Assembly: GCF_009914755.1 (NCBI RefSeq)
Contig: NC_060930.1
Direction: 5' to 3' (one strand)
Length of the DNA stretch: 64,000 bases
Source: the human T2T-CHM13v2.0 reference genome, Homo sapiens
Part shown: piece after piece, positions 63,996 through 64,000 of the stretch
Layout: the number at the start of each line of letters is the position of its first letter
Numbering within the stretch: position 1 is the first letter of the stretch
Translations under genes and position numbers: made by a program
Notes under the pieces: generated by a model
Told to the model about the DNA's origin: nothing
The model's input: only the letters and a program-made list of their open reading frames with translations
Databases searched by the model: none

Positions 63996-64000
63996 ACTGA

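Overview
This is primate (human or great-ape type) repeat-rich genomic DNA. I found no recognisable intact protein-coding gene, RNA gene or CRISPR-like array. Almost all ORFs in the track are L1, Alu, MaLR or antisense by-products. Main content: (1) a processed NPM1 pseudogene (minus strand, ~39523-41070) with a poly(A) remnant, target-site duplication (TSD), in-frame stops, a 27-bp internal duplication and a short L1 inserted in its 3' UTR; (2) three twin-primed, 5'-inverted L1PA insertions with clean TSDs; (3) a long L1PA7/8-type element fused directly to a truncated THE1 provirus; (4) several old L1M elements, about 11 Alus (one near-pristine AluYe5-like), MER4/LTR33/MLT1/THE1 LTRs, and DNA transposon relics (MER75 piggyBac-type with TTAA TSDs, two MER53, a Tigger-type MITE). 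I see no new coding system. The most interesting signals are mutational: two oppositely oriented young L1s ~37 kb apart that share private variants (possible gene conversion or inversion substrate), a multi-template repair scar at 44105-44329, a de novo minisatellite inside L1 ORF2, and an in-frame internal deletion leaving a 430-aa EN-RT fusion ORF. Repeat subfamily names come from recalled consensus sequences and need RepeatMasker/Dfam confirmation.
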